DNA from: Deltaproteobacteria bacterium
GTDB taxonomy: Bacteria > Myxococcota > JACRCW01
Direction of reading: 5' to 3'
Assembly (NCBI GenBank): GCA_016218805.1
Contig: JACRCW010000169.1
Location: 103,269 to 167,268, forward strand
Length of the DNA: 64,000 nucleotides
The translations under genes were made by a program, and so were the position numbers. Of the stretch, positions 47,369 through 57,779 are shown piece after piece. Position 1 is the stretch's first letter, and each line of letters opens with the position of its first letter. Under the pieces are notes generated by a model. The model was not told where the DNA came from. It ran no database searches and was given only the letters and a program-made list of their open reading frames with translations.

Positions 47369-48592
47369 CTATTCACCCATCTGCTGGCGGCGCCGCGCTT
47401 GTTCCGCCGCGCGGTCCGGGGCCGGCTTGGGCGCGTCAGCGCCAATGATCAGGCGCCCCTCCCGCTGCTGCGTCTTGACGGTGAAGCGCGACAGAAACGA
47501 GAGGCCCAACAGGCCTTCATCCGTGGCGCCCATGGAGCCCAGCACCAGCACCTGGACGTGATGCGCCACCGCGCCCTGCACCGTCACGCTGTCCGCCATC
47601 ACCAGCTTGCCATCCCGGATGCCGGCGGCGGTCTTGACGCGCGCGGGACGGGCGCCTTGCAGGGACACCCCCACCCGGAGCGCCTGCGCAGTGCTCAACG
47701 CCACAAAGGTTGAACCGGTGTCCACCACTACAGGAATGGACACGCCGTTGATGATTGCCTGCGTGTGGAATGCGCCTCCCTGCGGGTCAAAGGCCACCAC
47801 CGCCCGGCCGCTGCCCGCGCGCGCGGCACACTCCGGCGCGGCCAGCAGGCGTTGGATGCGCTTCTCCAGTTCTTCCCGTGGGACGCGCCCCTGTCTTGAA
47901 CGCAGGGCGCGCTCCAGCGGAAACACGGCGTCACACGGGCGTTTGGCCTTCTCCAGCGCGGCGGAGAGATAGAACGCCACCGTCACGCAATCCGGGCACA
48001 GGTTGAAGGCCAGTGTGTAGTCATCCACCGCGGCGTCCAGGTTGTTGTTCAGCTCCTGCACCTGCCCCCGCCACCACGGGTAGTCCTGGTCGTCCGGGTA
48101 CTCCGCCATCAATGTCGTGGCGTCGTTGATGGAACCGGGCAGGTCGCCCGCGTTCTTGCGGGCTTCGTGAGTGACCCACAGCAGGCGCGGGTGCTTCCCG
48201 CACGCGGCCAGAAAGGCCTCCGCGCGCTGGATGGTCCCACGGTGATCGCCCGCGCGTTCGGTGGCCTCTGAGAGCTTGATGATGTTGGAGCGATCACACG
48301 GCTCACGCGCCATCAACTCCAGCAGGCGCGCCACCTCCCGGGACTCCTTGCCGTAGTCAAAACCGGGCTCATGCAGGAGTGCAAAGGCCGTTACGCCACC
48401 CACCACCGCCAGCGCCCCTACCGTCATCAGCAGCTTGCTGCGGCGCGCGGCCCGGCGGGATTGCTGCACGCACCAAACGCAGACCAGGCCAGAGCTGGTG
48501 GCGCTCAGGCAGACGTCACAAGTGGGCCGCAGGCATTGCTGGCAGGAGGACGTGGCCTGGTGGCTGGCATCAAGATGGCACGGCGCGTTCAT
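47369..48592 (-). CDS. Retropepsin-like (clan AA) aspartic protease with an N-terminal B-box-like zinc finger, one TM helix and TPRs
   Basis: CH...CQQCLRPTCDVC...CVWC; TM helix; TPR-like helices; VVDTGSTFVAL; GLLGLSFL. Confidence 0.85.
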   Translation of the reverse strand: MNAPCHLDASHQATSSCQQCLRPTCDVCLSATSSGLVCVWCVQQSRRAARRSKLLMTVGALAVVGGVTAFALLHEPGFDYGKESREVARLLELMAREPCDRSNIIKLSEATERAGDHRGTIQRAEAFLAACGKHPRLLWVTHEARKNAGDLPGSINDATTLMAEYPDDQDYPWWRGQVQELNNNLDAAVDDYTLAFNLCPDCVTVAFYLSAALEKAKRPCDAVFPLERALRSRQGRVPREELEKRIQRLLAAPECAARAGSGRAVVAFDPQGGAFHTQAIINGVSIPVVVDTGSTFVALSTAQALRVGVSLQGARPARVKTAAGIRDGKLVMADSVTVQGAVAHHVQVLVLGSMGATDEGLLGLSFLSRFTVKTQQREGRLIIGADAPKPAPDRAAEQARRRQQMGE

Positions 48593-48677
48593 CGGCCGGG
48601 ACAGTACACCACGGCCGGCTTGCTTGTGTGCCGGCGGGGGCCTCCGCCACGTCAAACAGGCGCCCCGTGGCGCTCCG

Positions 48678-49298
48678 GTGACTTGCGACCGACGCAGTCC
48701 GTCGACCGCGTGGTTCCAGTTCCCGCGGCCAGGGGAGGGATCGTTCCTCGGCAAGCTTCCAGCGGAGCACGTGATCGCGCGCATCATGGCGTTGACCACC
48801 GCCGCGGCCAACCTGCTCAAGCAGGGAGTGCGTGACGAGGGGGAGGGTCTGCTCGCGTCGCACCATGCGCCGTCATGTGACCACGCCGGGTGGCGCAAGA
48901 ACACCATGAAGGGGTTTGCCAAGGCGCGGGAACGGCACCAGGCTCACCAGGCGAAACACGCCAAGGAGATAGAGCGGTGTCGGGCCGGCCTGACGGCGCT
49001 GCGCAAGAGCGTTTCCCCATCGCCGTGGCTGGTGGTGGAGTTGGCGGCGGCGGAGTTGCAGCGGGGGAACGTCGCGTATGTCTACAGCAGGCCCGCAGGT
49101 GGAGGTGAGCCGGAAACGCCCCGAAGGCTGGGTCCACCGCTTCCGTTCCCAGCGCAAGGGAGCACCACCATCTGGATGCGTGTGATCCTCCAAGACGAGC
49201 GTCTTCCACCTCCGCGCATGGAGACGCTGGGTGGAGAGAAATCCGAGTTGGGACCAAGCCTGGTGGCGGAGGTGGAGGTTTGCATGTGCGGCTGTTGA
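48678..49298 (+). pseudogene. Truncated or decayed paralog of the C-terminal half of the SH3 protein at 60211..62478
   Basis: Shared colinear motifs RHQ..A.H.KE, LR....PWL..E, P.P..G...W and a terminal CGC; weaker codon bias; start uncertain. Confidence 0.45.
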
Positions 49299-49345
49299 GG
49301 GGAGGCGTGGAGTTCCAGCATCCAAGGGAGCCGGAACATGGAACC

Positions 49346-50620
49346 CTATTGCGGCGGGAGGATGTCCACGGTGTCCAATGTCACTCGGGACGATCCCTCC
49401 ACGGCCACCAGGCTCACGCGGAAGACCCCGGTTGAACTGATGAGGGCCACGGGACGCGACTGGCGCAGGTCCTGGAGCAGTTCCGCCGCCTGCGCCCCTC
49501 TTGTTGACGACAACTTGTCCAGGACCTGGTCCCGCGTGGCACCGGATGGTGTGGCCACGCGGTGGAATGGAGTGGGGACTGCCCACGTGTTCCTCCCCAA
49601 TGTCTTCAACGGCGCCGGGGCGGTCACCCCCACCCGCCATCCCGCCAATGGGAACTCGGTGCCTTCGGATTTGATCGCCACGTCGCTGACCCAGGACCCC
49701 TCTGCCACCACCCGGGTGTCATCCTCCGTGCCGTGGGTGATCACCAGCTGGAGCGGCGCGGACTGCTTCCCGCGCGACAGGTCCTCGGACACCCACGCGG
49801 CGGCACGGGAGGATGCAGCGTCGGGCCCGAGCCTCTCCACGTGTTCCGGCGTGGCGGGATGCCGGACTTCCATGAACAGGTTGGCCGGTGTACCCGCCCA
49901 CCCCCACAACGCCGCGGCGAGCACGCCCGCCGGCGCGCGCCACGTAGCCCCTACCAACAGCGTGACGGATTTCCCCGAATCCGCGGCCACCGCTGTCCCG
50001 CGCACCACGCTCATCACGCCCCCGCGCAACAGCGTGGCGCACACAACGCTGTCGCCCTCCATTTGGATGACCTGCGCCACGTTCCGGGGTTCACGCAGGG
50101 CCTCCGTGATGCAGGTGCGCACCTGGGCGCCCTTGCTGCACCCCAGGTCCCAGACCGCTCGCCCACCCGCGGGCTCCGCGTCGCGGCGCAGCGCGGCCAG
50201 TTCCGCCGCAAAGAACGCCTGCCGCGCACGAAACGACGCATCGCTATCCTGCGGCCGCAATGCCAGAATCCTCAGGGCCAGCGTGAGACGCTCCCGCGGG
50301 TCATTGGACAGGTTGAATGCATTTGTCAGTTGCGCCGGGTCCGGGGGACTTTGATCAAACAGCTCCGCCCGCGCCCAACCCGCTCCGGCTGCGCCACAAT
50401 CCACCTGCCACCAACCATCCTGCTGGCGCTGCAGGACGTGGCAGGCCACGCCGATACCCGCGCTGGTGACCTTGCGATTCCGTTCACCCGGTCCCGCCCG
50501 TAGGTTGGCCGAGGTGGCGTGCACAAACACCGGCGCTTCACCGGGCTCCGCCGCTGCCGAACAAAGCAACACCACTGCAATCAGACTCCCAGGTCGCAAG
50601 CCGGCTGCCTGGTGGCGCAT
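49346..50620 (-). CDS. Secreted SH3b-domain protein
   Basis: Signal-like N-terminus; FVHATSANLRAGPG...DGWWQVDC...GWARAELF. Confidence 0.7.
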   Translation of the reverse strand: MRHQAAGLRPGSLIAVVLLCSAAAEPGEAPVFVHATSANLRAGPGERNRKVTSAGIGVACHVLQRQQDGWWQVDCGAAGAGWARAELFDQSPPDPAQLTNAFNLSNDPRERLTLALRILALRPQDSDASFRARQAFFAAELAALRRDAEPAGGRAVWDLGCSKGAQVRTCITEALREPRNVAQVIQMEGDSVVCATLLRGGVMSVVRGTAVAADSGKSVTLLVGATWRAPAGVLAAALWGWAGTPANLFMEVRHPATPEHVERLGPDAASSRAAAWVSEDLSRGKQSAPLQLVITHGTEDDTRVVAEGSWVSDVAIKSEGTEFPLAGWRVGVTAPAPLKTLGRNTWAVPTPFHRVATPSGATRDQVLDKLSSTRGAQAAELLQDLRQSRPVALISSTGVFRVSLVAVEGSSRVTLDTVDILPPQ

Positions 50621-51046
50621 TACCGCGCGGCTGCGCGGTCCGGAGTCTGTGGAAACGGTGCAGTGCGCATCCATGGGCCACCCGGGCGGCATCGTGCCTG
50701 TCGGGCTATGCGCCGGCAACCCCCGGAGCCGTGGGGGCAGCTCGGCCCACGCGGTCGTCAGTGCGTGTCACGCGGCAAGGAGAAGGTCGCGCGATGGGAT
50801 TGGACACGTTGACACTGACGGTTCCGCTGCCATTGCGTCCTTGGACAACGCGAGTCCGATGTTGAGCCGCGTCGTCGGACGGGGCGCCGGGTGAAACGAT
50901 TGCGAATCAAAGAACCACCGCGGACCCCGCAGGAAGAGGATCGCATCCGCCTTGTCCTTGGCGCCGCCTTCCTTCCGGTTATCGGACGCCTGACTTCGAG
51001 AACATCTATGAGACAGGACGGCCTCCGGCGGTTAGTACCGCGCACC

Positions 51047-51706
51047 ATGCAGAAGCTCCTGGACGGTCTTCATGATTTCCAATCCAACGTCTTTGCGCCG
51101 CGGCGCGAATTCTTTGAGCGGCTTGCGCTGGGGCAACGGCCGGAGGCGCTGTTCATCACGTGTTCCGATTCACGCATCAACCCAAACCTGCTGACGCAGG
51201 CGGACCCCGGTGAGCTCTTCATCATCCGCAACGCGGGCAACATCGTTCCACCCTACGGCGCCCAAATGGGTGGCGAGGCCGCCACTGTGGAGTTTGGCGT
51301 GGCGGGGTTGGGGGTGCGGGACATCATCGTGTGCGGCCACTCGCAGTGCGGGGCCATGAAGGGCCTGCTCAATCCCGCCTCGCTGGAGCGGTTTCCGGCG
51401 TTGCGCCGGTTCCTTGGTCACGCCGACGCGACGGAGCGCATCATCCGGGAGAACTACCAGCACCTTGACGGCGAGGCCCTGCTGACTGCGACGGTTGAAG
51501 AGAACGTCCTTGTCCAGCTTGAGAACCTGCGCACCCACCCGGTGGTGGCCGCCAAGCTGGCGCGTAAGGAGATCAACCTGCACGGCTGGGTTTACAAGCT
51601 GGAGACCGGCACCGTCTTCTCCTACCACCCCGGCGAGGGACAGTTTTTGCCACTCGGCGAACAGCGCGGCGCCGCCGCCCCCGGAGTTGCCCACCGTGCC
51701 ATTTGA
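51047..51706 (+). CDS. Beta-class carbonic anhydrase
   Basis: [15 protein letters not shown]; IRNAGNIVP; [10 protein letters not shown]; LHGWVY. Confidence 0.95.
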   Translation: MQKLLDGLHDFQSNVFAPRREFFERLALGQRPEALFITCSDSRINPNLLTQADPGELFIIRNAGNIVPPYGAQMGGEAATVEFGVAGLGVRDIIVCGHSQCGAMKGLLNPASLERFPALRRFLGHADATERIIRENYQHLDGEALLTATVEENVLVQLENLRTHPVVAAKLARKEINLHGWVYKLETGTVFSYHPGEGQFLPLGEQRGAAAPGVAHRAI

Positions 51707-53264
51707 CTTCAAGAAGGCGCTGTCCACGGACGCGCTGCCGTCGGTCGTCGTGTTCCTGGTCGCCCTGCCGTTGTGCATGGGCGTCGCCATCGCGTCGGGG
51801 CTCCCACCGGCGGCTGGGCTCATCACCGGCATTGTGGGCGGACTGGTGGTGGGGGCCATCCAGGGCTCTCCGCTCCAGGTGAGCGGCCCCGCGGCCGGAC
51901 TCACCGTCATTGTCTGGGACCTGGTGCAGACCCACGGGCTGCCCGCGCTGGGTGTCATCGTGTTCGCCATGGGCGTCATCCAGGCCGGCGCAGGCCTATT
52001 GAAGGGTGGCCGGTGGTTTCGCGCGGTACCCCCCTCCGTCATCCACGGCATGCTGGGCGGCATTGGCGTGCTGATCTTCTCCAGCCAGTTCCACGTGATG
52101 ATTGACGACAAGCCAAAGGCCGGCGGCTTCCAGAACCTGGTCACGCTTCCCGCGGCAATCTGGAAAGCCGTGGTACCCAGCCCAGATCATGGCCACGGCG
52201 AGGCGGTGATCACCGGCATTCTCACCATTCTGGCGCTGGTCGCCTGGACCAGGTTTGCCCCGGGAAAGCTGAAGGCGGTCCCGGGCGCGCTGGTGGGCGT
52301 TGTGTTGGGCTCGCTGGTCGCGAACCTCTTCGCGTTCCCCATTGCATTTGTGCAGGTCCCGGAGAGCATGGTGGGAGCCGCGCTGCTCCCCACGGCCGCC
52401 ACGTGGAGGATGCTGCTTCAGCCGGAGATTTGGGCCGCCGCGCTCGGCCTCGCAGTGGTGGCCAGCGCTGAGACGCTGTTGTGCGCCACCGCCGTGGACC
52501 GCATGCACCATGGCCCGCGGACCCAGTACAACCGCGAACTCATCGGGCAGGGCGTTGGCAACGCGTTGTGCGGCCTGCTTGGCGCGCTGCCCATGACGGG
52601 CGTCATTGTCCGTTCCACCGCCAACGTCCAGTCGGGTGCGAAAACGCGCCTTTCCGCGGTTCTCCATGGTGTGTGGATTCTGCTCCTCGTCGTCGTGTTC
52701 CCCGACCTGTTGCGGATGATCCCAGTGCCCAGCCTTGCCGCGGTGCTGGTGTACACCGGGTACAAGCTGCTGAACCCCGTGCGCATCAAGGAACTGAAGC
52801 GGTACGGCAATGCTGAGTTGGCGATCTACCTGCTCACGGTGGGCACCATCATCACCACGGATCTCCTCACCGGTGTCCTGGTCGGTCTGGCTGTCGCCGT
52901 CGTGAGGCTGCTGGTCAGGCTGTCCAAGCTCGACATCGAAGTGGTCGACGATCCCAACACCCGCGTCACCACCCTCCACCTGCGCGGGGCCGCCACGTTC
53001 CTGCGGCTGTCGGATCTTTCGGACGTGCTGGACTCCATCCCGGCAAGCCGTCACCTGCATGTGCTGTTCGACGAGATGGACACCATTGACCATTCCATTC
53101 TCGAGTTGCTGCAGACCTGGGAAGCGCAACACCGCGGCAGGGGCGGTGACGTCGCCATTGACTGGGCCGAACTGGACCGCCGCTATCACGCAACGGGATT
53201 GCGCGCCGAGGTGAACCGATCCGCTCAAGCCCCTGATGGTGGGCGCGTTCTGCTCGCCTCATGA
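51696..53264 (+). CDS. SulP/SLC26 anion (probably bicarbonate) transporter
   Basis: [18 protein letters not shown]; QVSGPAAGL; ASAETLL; [10 protein letters not shown]; STAS-like C-terminus. GTG start overlaps the end of the carbonic anhydrase gene. Confidence 0.93.
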   Translation: MPFDFKKALSTDALPSVVVFLVALPLCMGVAIASGLPPAAGLITGIVGGLVVGAIQGSPLQVSGPAAGLTVIVWDLVQTHGLPALGVIVFAMGVIQAGAGLLKGGRWFRAVPPSVIHGMLGGIGVLIFSSQFHVMIDDKPKAGGFQNLVTLPAAIWKAVVPSPDHGHGEAVITGILTILALVAWTRFAPGKLKAVPGALVGVVLGSLVANLFAFPIAFVQVPESMVGAALLPTAATWRMLLQPEIWAAALGLAVVASAETLLCATAVDRMHHGPRTQYNRELIGQGVGNALCGLLGALPMTGVIVRSTANVQSGAKTRLSAVLHGVWILLLVVVFPDLLRMIPVPSLAAVLVYTGYKLLNPVRIKELKRYGNAELAIYLLTVGTIITTDLLTGVLVGLAVAVVRLLVRLSKLDIEVVDDPNTRVTTLHLRGAATFLRLSDLSDVLDSIPASRHLHVLFDEMDTIDHSILELLQTWEAQHRGRGGDVAIDWAELDRRYHATGLRAEVNRSAQAPDGGRVLLAS

Positions 53265-53306
53265 AGCCGGGCTGGCTCCCCCCTTGAAGCTTCCGTCCCC
53301 CGCGGT

Positions 53307-54227
53307 ATGTCCCGTTTCATGCCGCTGCCCGTGCTCCCTGACGATGCGCCCTCACGCCACAACCGTCCGCCGTGGCTTCGGGTGAAGGCCCCGCAGGGTG
53401 ACGTCTATGAAACCGTGCGCCGCCTCAAGGACGGCCTGCGCCTGCACACGGTGTGTGAGAGCGCCGCGTGCCCCAACCTGGGCGAGTGCTGGGGCCGCGG
53501 CACGGCCACCTTCATGATCAACGGGAACCAGTGCACGCGCGCCTGCCGCTTCTGCGACGTGCAGAGCGGGCGTCCCGGCCCCATTGACCCCGACGAGGCG
53601 GACCGCGTGGCGGAGGCCACCGCGCGGCTGGGGCTGCGGTTTGCCGTCATCACGGCGGTCACGCGGGATGACCTGGAGGACGGCGGTGCGTCCGCGTTTG
53701 CGCGCGTGCTGCGTGCGCTGGCGGCGCGTGCTCCCGCGTGCGGCCGCGAAGTGCTCATCCCGGACTTCAACGGCAGCGAACGCGATCTGCGCACGGTGCT
53801 GGACGCGCAGCCGCACGTGCTGGCGCACAACGTGGAGACGGTGCGGCGGCTGACGCCGGAGATCCGCTCCGGGGCGCGTTACGAGTTGTCCCTGCAGGTG
53901 CTGCAGGCCGCGCACCGCCTGCGGCCGGACATCCTCAGCAAGAGCGGCATCATGCTGGGGCTGGGAGAACGTGAACCGGAGATCGACGAGACGCTCCGCG
54001 ACCTGCGCACGCACGACGTGGAGGCGATCACCATTGGGCAGTACCTGCAGCCCTCGGCGTGGCACAGGCCCATTGACCGGTGGGTCACGCCGGATGAGTT
54101 TGCCGCGTGGGACGCGCGCGCGCGGGCATTGGGTTTCCGTTTGGTGGCGTCCGGTCCGCTGGTGCGCAGCAGCTACCACGCGGAAGCGGCGGCGGGACTG
54201 GTCTCACCCGTCGCGCGCGGCGCGTGA
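53307..54227 (+). CDS. lipA: Lipoyl synthase
   Basis: TVCESAACPNLGECW; CTRACRFC; HNVETV; GQYLQPS; PLVRSSYHA. Confidence 0.97.
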   Translation: MSRFMPLPVLPDDAPSRHNRPPWLRVKAPQGDVYETVRRLKDGLRLHTVCESAACPNLGECWGRGTATFMINGNQCTRACRFCDVQSGRPGPIDPDEADRVAEATARLGLRFAVITAVTRDDLEDGGASAFARVLRALAARAPACGREVLIPDFNGSERDLRTVLDAQPHVLAHNVETVRRLTPEIRSGARYELSLQVLQAAHRLRPDILSKSGIMLGLGEREPEIDETLRDLRTHDVEAITIGQYLQPSAWHRPIDRWVTPDEFAAWDARARALGFRLVASGPLVRSSYHAEAAAGLVSPVARGA

Positions 54228-55331
54228 CGCCAGCCAACGGTCGCGCAGCTTCAGGCCCGGTTTCTCAACAAGGAACCGCGCCCCCGCCGCCACCGCGAAG
54301 CTGGCGGTAAAACACGCAAAGAGCACCGCCCAGAACGGGAGTTGCCGCGGGGCCAGCGCGCGCTGCACCGGGTCGCGCAGCAGGTCGTGCACCAGGTAGG
54401 CCCCGTACGCGTGCTCAGCAATCCACGTGGACACGCGGGCCACCCAACCCGCCGCTGGGATTCGTTCCGCCCCCCACGGCAGCATCAGCGCCACGCCCGC
54501 GGACACCAGCAGGAACTGCGGCACGGCGGAGAAGAACGCCATCCGCGCCGCGCCTCCGGCGTCCGTCCCGGTGAGCCACGGGTTCCACACGGACCCCACC
54601 GCCAGCGCAAACCCGGCCACCGCTGCCCCGGAGCGGTGCGCGCACAGCCGCATCCACACGCGTGACGACGACGCAGCTTGCGCGGCACACGCGACCCCGA
54701 TGACCAACCCCTCCAACCGCAGGTGCGTGGGCACGTAGAACAGCTTGAGGAAGTCCACGTAACTGCCGTGCGTCATCGCGTCGAACTTGAGCCACCGCCA
54801 CGCCGGAGACAGCGCCACCAGGAACACCACCGCGGCCACCGCAACCCGCGGATGACGACGTCCCAGCGCGTACACGCCCCACGCCACCCACGGCAGCACC
54901 AGGTAGAAGTGTTCCTCCACGCACAAGGACCACGTGATGAGCCAATCCGCCGGGGCGACGTAATTCTGCAGGAACAGCGGCAGCGCCCACGCCGTGGACA
55001 GGCGCAACATCCCCACCGCGCCCAGCACCAGCGCAACCGCCCAGTACAACGGCAGCGTCCGCATCCACCGGCGCAGATAGAACGCGCGCACATCCAGCCG
55101 GCCGTCCCGCCGCAGCGCGCGCACCGCCTGGCCGCCCACCAGCCAGCCGCTGAGGACAAAGAACACGTCCACGCCCACGTAGCCGCGCAGGCCAAACCAC
55201 CGCAGCCACTCCGGGCACCCCGGCAGGTGGCGGAAGTGGTGGACCATCACCAGCAGGATGGCGACGGCGCGCAGCCCGTCCAGCCGGACCTGGCGCTCTG
55301 CCGGGGGCACCGGCGCAGGGGTGGTTTCCAA
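54204..55331 (-). CDS. Acyltransferase 3 (OafA-like) membrane O-acyltransferase
   Basis: LDGLRAVAILLVM; GVDVFFVLSG; FYLRRWMRTLPLY; TWSLCVEEHFY; VEKP. Start (TTG 55331 or GTG 55310) uncertain. Confidence 0.9.
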   Translation of the reverse strand: METTPAPVPPAERQVRLDGLRAVAILLVMVHHFRHLPGCPEWLRWFGLRGYVGVDVFFVLSGWLVGGQAVRALRRDGRLDVRAFYLRRWMRTLPLYWAVALVLGAVGMLRLSTAWALPLFLQNYVAPADWLITWSLCVEEHFYLVLPWVAWGVYALGRRHPRVAVAAVVFLVALSPAWRWLKFDAMTHGSYVDFLKLFYVPTHLRLEGLVIGVACAAQAASSSRVWMRLCAHRSGAAVAGFALAVGSVWNPWLTGTDAGGAARMAFFSAVPQFLLVSAGVALMLPWGAERIPAAGWVARVSTWIAEHAYGAYLVHDLLRDPVQRALAPRQLPFWAVLFACFTASFAVAAGARFLVEKPGLKLRDRWLASRAARDG

Positions 55332-55371
55332 GATGCCCGGCCGATACCGCAGGCGCGCGGTCCACCGCCAG

Positions 55372-55400
55372 TTGACGGCGGGGGGGCCCCCTCCTAAATG
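55372..55400 (+). promoter_or_regulatory. Putative sigma70 promoter of tRNA-Leu/tig
   Basis: TTGACG-N17-TAAATG followed by a GC-rich discriminator, about 20 nt before the tRNA. Confidence 0.5.
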
Positions 55401-55419
55401 CCCGCGCTCCGAGCAGTCC

Positions 55420-55500
55420 GCGAGAGTGGCGGAACTGGTAGACGCACCGGTCTTAGAAGCCGGAGGCATTGCCGTGGGGGTTCGAGTCCCCCCTCTCGCA
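55420..55500 (+). tRNA. tRNA-Leu(TAG), CCA not encoded
   Basis: Acceptor GCGAGAG/CTCTCGC+A; D loop GGAACTGGTAGAC; anticodon arm CCGGT-CTTAGAA-GCCGG; long variable arm; GGGGG-TTCGAGT-CCCCC. Usual position upstream of tig. Confidence 0.96.
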
Positions 55501-55520
55501 ACGTACGCAGGAGCGATCCG

Positions 55521-56801
55521 ATGCAGGCATCCGTGGCGGAACTCTCACCGGTGGTCAAGCAGCTCAACGTCGTCGTCGAGGGCGACCGCCTGATCAAGGA
55601 ACTGGACAAGGCGTACCGCAAGCTGAGCGGCACGGCCAAGATCAAGGGGTTCCGCCAGGGCAAGATCCCGCGCCAGGTGCTGGAGCGCTACTTCCGCCAG
55701 GAAGTGGAGCGCGAGGTCATCGGGAAGGTGCTCTCCGACGCGTACAGCGAGGCAGTGAAGACCACTCAGATCGAGCCGATTGCCAACCCGGAGATCCAGG
55801 CGGGGGAGTTTGTGCCGGGCCAGGACTTCCAGTTCTCCGCCAAGGTGGAGGTCCGGCCCACCATCACGCTCAAGTCCGTCAAGGGCCTGTCCGCCACGCG
55901 CATTGCCAAGAAGGTGGACGACGAGACGGTGGAGAACGAGATCAAGAACCTGCAGCAGCAGATGGCCACCATCCAGCCGGTCACGGACCGCGAGACGGCG
56001 GAGAAGGGCGACCTGTGCTCGCTCAACTTCCTGGGGCTGGTGGATGACGCGCCGTTCCAGGGCGGCACGGGCAGCAGCTACGTGGTGGAGCCGGGCGCCG
56101 GCCGCTTCTTCAAGGAGGTGGAGGACGCGCTGCCGGGCAAGAAGGTGGGCGAGCAGTTCAGCGTGGACCTGAAGATCCCGGATGACTTCCGCGCCGAGGC
56201 GGTGCGCGGCAAGGCGGCCAAGATGTCCGTCACCGTGGTGGAGCTCAAGAAGCGCGTGATGCCCGCGCTGGATGATGAGTTTGCCAAGGACGTGGGTGAC
56301 TACGAGAACCTGGCGGACCTGCGCACCAAGCTCCGCGCCGCCCTGGAGAAGCGCTACAAGGACGAAGCCGACCGCGACCTCACCGAGGCGCTGATGTCCC
56401 TGCTCATTGAGGGCAACCCGTTTGACCTGCCGCCGTCCATGGTGGAGCGCCAGATTGACAACCGCATCCTGCAGCAGCTGTCCCGCATCCCGCCGCAGCA
56501 GCTGCAGCGCATGAGCCTCAACCGCGAGCGCCTGCGCGAGGACGCGCGCGACGCGGCGATCCGCCAGGTGCGCGGCGCACTGTTGTTGGAGGCGGTGGCA
56601 AAGCAGGAGAACCTGACGGTGTCCGAAGAGGACGTGGAGCAGGAGTTTGCGCGCCTGGCGGAGCTGAACAGCATGACCGTGGACCGCGTGCGCGGGCAGT
56701 TTGCCGGCGAGCGCCGCGACGACCTCAAGACGCGCCTGAAGACGGACAAGGCCATTGGGTGGCTGAAGCAGAACGCCGACATCACCGAGAAGACCGCCTG
56801 A
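55521..56801 (+). CDS. tig: Trigger factor
   Basis: [11 protein letters not shown] ribosome-binding motif; FKBP-like domain; PALDDEFAK; AGGAG RBS. Confidence 0.96.
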   Translation: MQASVAELSPVVKQLNVVVEGDRLIKELDKAYRKLSGTAKIKGFRQGKIPRQVLERYFRQEVEREVIGKVLSDAYSEAVKTTQIEPIANPEIQAGEFVPGQDFQFSAKVEVRPTITLKSVKGLSATRIAKKVDDETVENEIKNLQQQMATIQPVTDRETAEKGDLCSLNFLGLVDDAPFQGGTGSSYVVEPGAGRFFKEVEDALPGKKVGEQFSVDLKIPDDFRAEAVRGKAAKMSVTVVELKKRVMPALDDEFAKDVGDYENLADLRTKLRAALEKRYKDEADRDLTEALMSLLIEGNPFDLPPSMVERQIDNRILQQLSRIPPQQLQRMSLNRERLREDARDAAIRQVRGALLLEAVAKQENLTVSEEDVEQEFARLAELNSMTVDRVRGQFAGERRDDLKTRLKTDKAIGWLKQNADITEKTA

Positions 56802-56809
56802 GGAGCGCC

Positions 56810-57412
56810 ATGACGTACTTTCCACCGCAGGTCATTGAGCAGACCGCGCGCGGCGAACGCGCGTACGACATCTGGTCACGCCTGCTGAAGGACCGCATTG
56901 TCTTCCTGGGCCTCCCCGTGGATGACCAGATTGCCAACGTGGTGGTGGCGCAGCTGTTGTTCCTGGAGGCGGAGGACCCGGACCGCGACGTCATTTTCTA
57001 CATCAACAGCCCCGGCGGCAGCGTCTCAGCGGGTCTGGCCATCTACGACACCATGCAATACATCCGGCCGCAGGTGTCCACCGTGTGCATTGGCCAGGCG
57101 GCCTCCATGGGCGCGGTGCTGCTGGCGGCGGGTGCGCACGGGAAGCGGTTTGCGCTGCCCAACAGCCGCATCATGATTCACCAGCCGTCCGGCGGGTTCC
57201 GCGGCCAGGCCACGGACATTGAAATCCAGGCGCGCGAGATGCTGAAGACCAAGGCGCGCCTCAATGACATCCTCGCGCAGCACACCAAGCAGCCGCTGGA
57301 CCGCGTGGCCAAGGACGTGGAGCGGGATTATTACATGTCATCCGCTGAGGCGAAGGAATACGGCCTGGTGGACCAGGTGATGGAACGGCGACCGGAACCC
57401 CCCAAGACCTGA
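56810..57412 (+). CDS. clpP: ATP-dependent Clp protease proteolytic subunit
   Basis: [18 protein letters not shown]; YINSPGG; GQAASMG; MIHQP; ERDYYMS. Confidence 0.98.
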   Translation: MTYFPPQVIEQTARGERAYDIWSRLLKDRIVFLGLPVDDQIANVVVAQLLFLEAEDPDRDVIFYINSPGGSVSAGLAIYDTMQYIRPQVSTVCIGQAASMGAVLLAAGAHGKRFALPNSRIMIHQPSGGFRGQATDIEIQAREMLKTKARLNDILAQHTKQPLDRVAKDVERDYYMSSAEAKEYGLVDQVMERRPEPPKT

Positions 57413-57443
57413 ACGCGGTGCGGCCGTCCCGCAGCCCCCCGCG

Positions 57444-57621
57444 GGGGCGCTCGCCCGGGCGCGCCGCGCAGGGCGGCGGCGGCGTCCTCCGGGGTCAGCG
57501 TGTTGATGCGCACCCCCGCCGCGTCCTCAAACGCGCCGGCGGGGTTGGTCACGGGCGCCACGTCCACCTACCAGTGGTGCCCCGCCTTCCACCCCGCAGG
57601 GCCTGTGCACGCAGAGCGAGC
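57444..57621 (-). pseudogene. Decayed duplicate of the galT 3' end
   Basis: 57444-57589 matches 59174-59319 with 6 mismatches in 146 bp (stop TGA>CGA lost, Tyr TAC>TAG stop gained). 57589-57621 matches 59404-59436 (27/33) after an ~85-bp deletion. Confidence 0.9.
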
Positions 57622-57760
57622 CGTGCCCGACGAGGAGCACCGGCATCCGGCCGTTCGACGACTTCTCCATCTTCTCCTTCAACCCGGCGTGGCGCGGGCG
57701 TGCGCACGCGACGGCCCCGCCGAGCATCATGCCCAGCGTCCTTCGCGACAGCCTGGGCAT
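57617..57760 (-). pseudogene. N-terminal fragment of a DODA/YgiD-type extradiol dioxygenase
   Basis: MPRLSRR... leader then RMPVLLVGHGS, after which the sequence switches into the galT remnant. Lies directly downstream of yceI. Confidence 0.65.
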
Positions 57761-57779
57761 GCTCGCACGCCGTCCCGGC

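Noticed and set aside
55420-55520. tRNA-Leu as an integration site
   Set aside because: No integrase and no duplicated tRNA 3' end in the window; tig follows directly.
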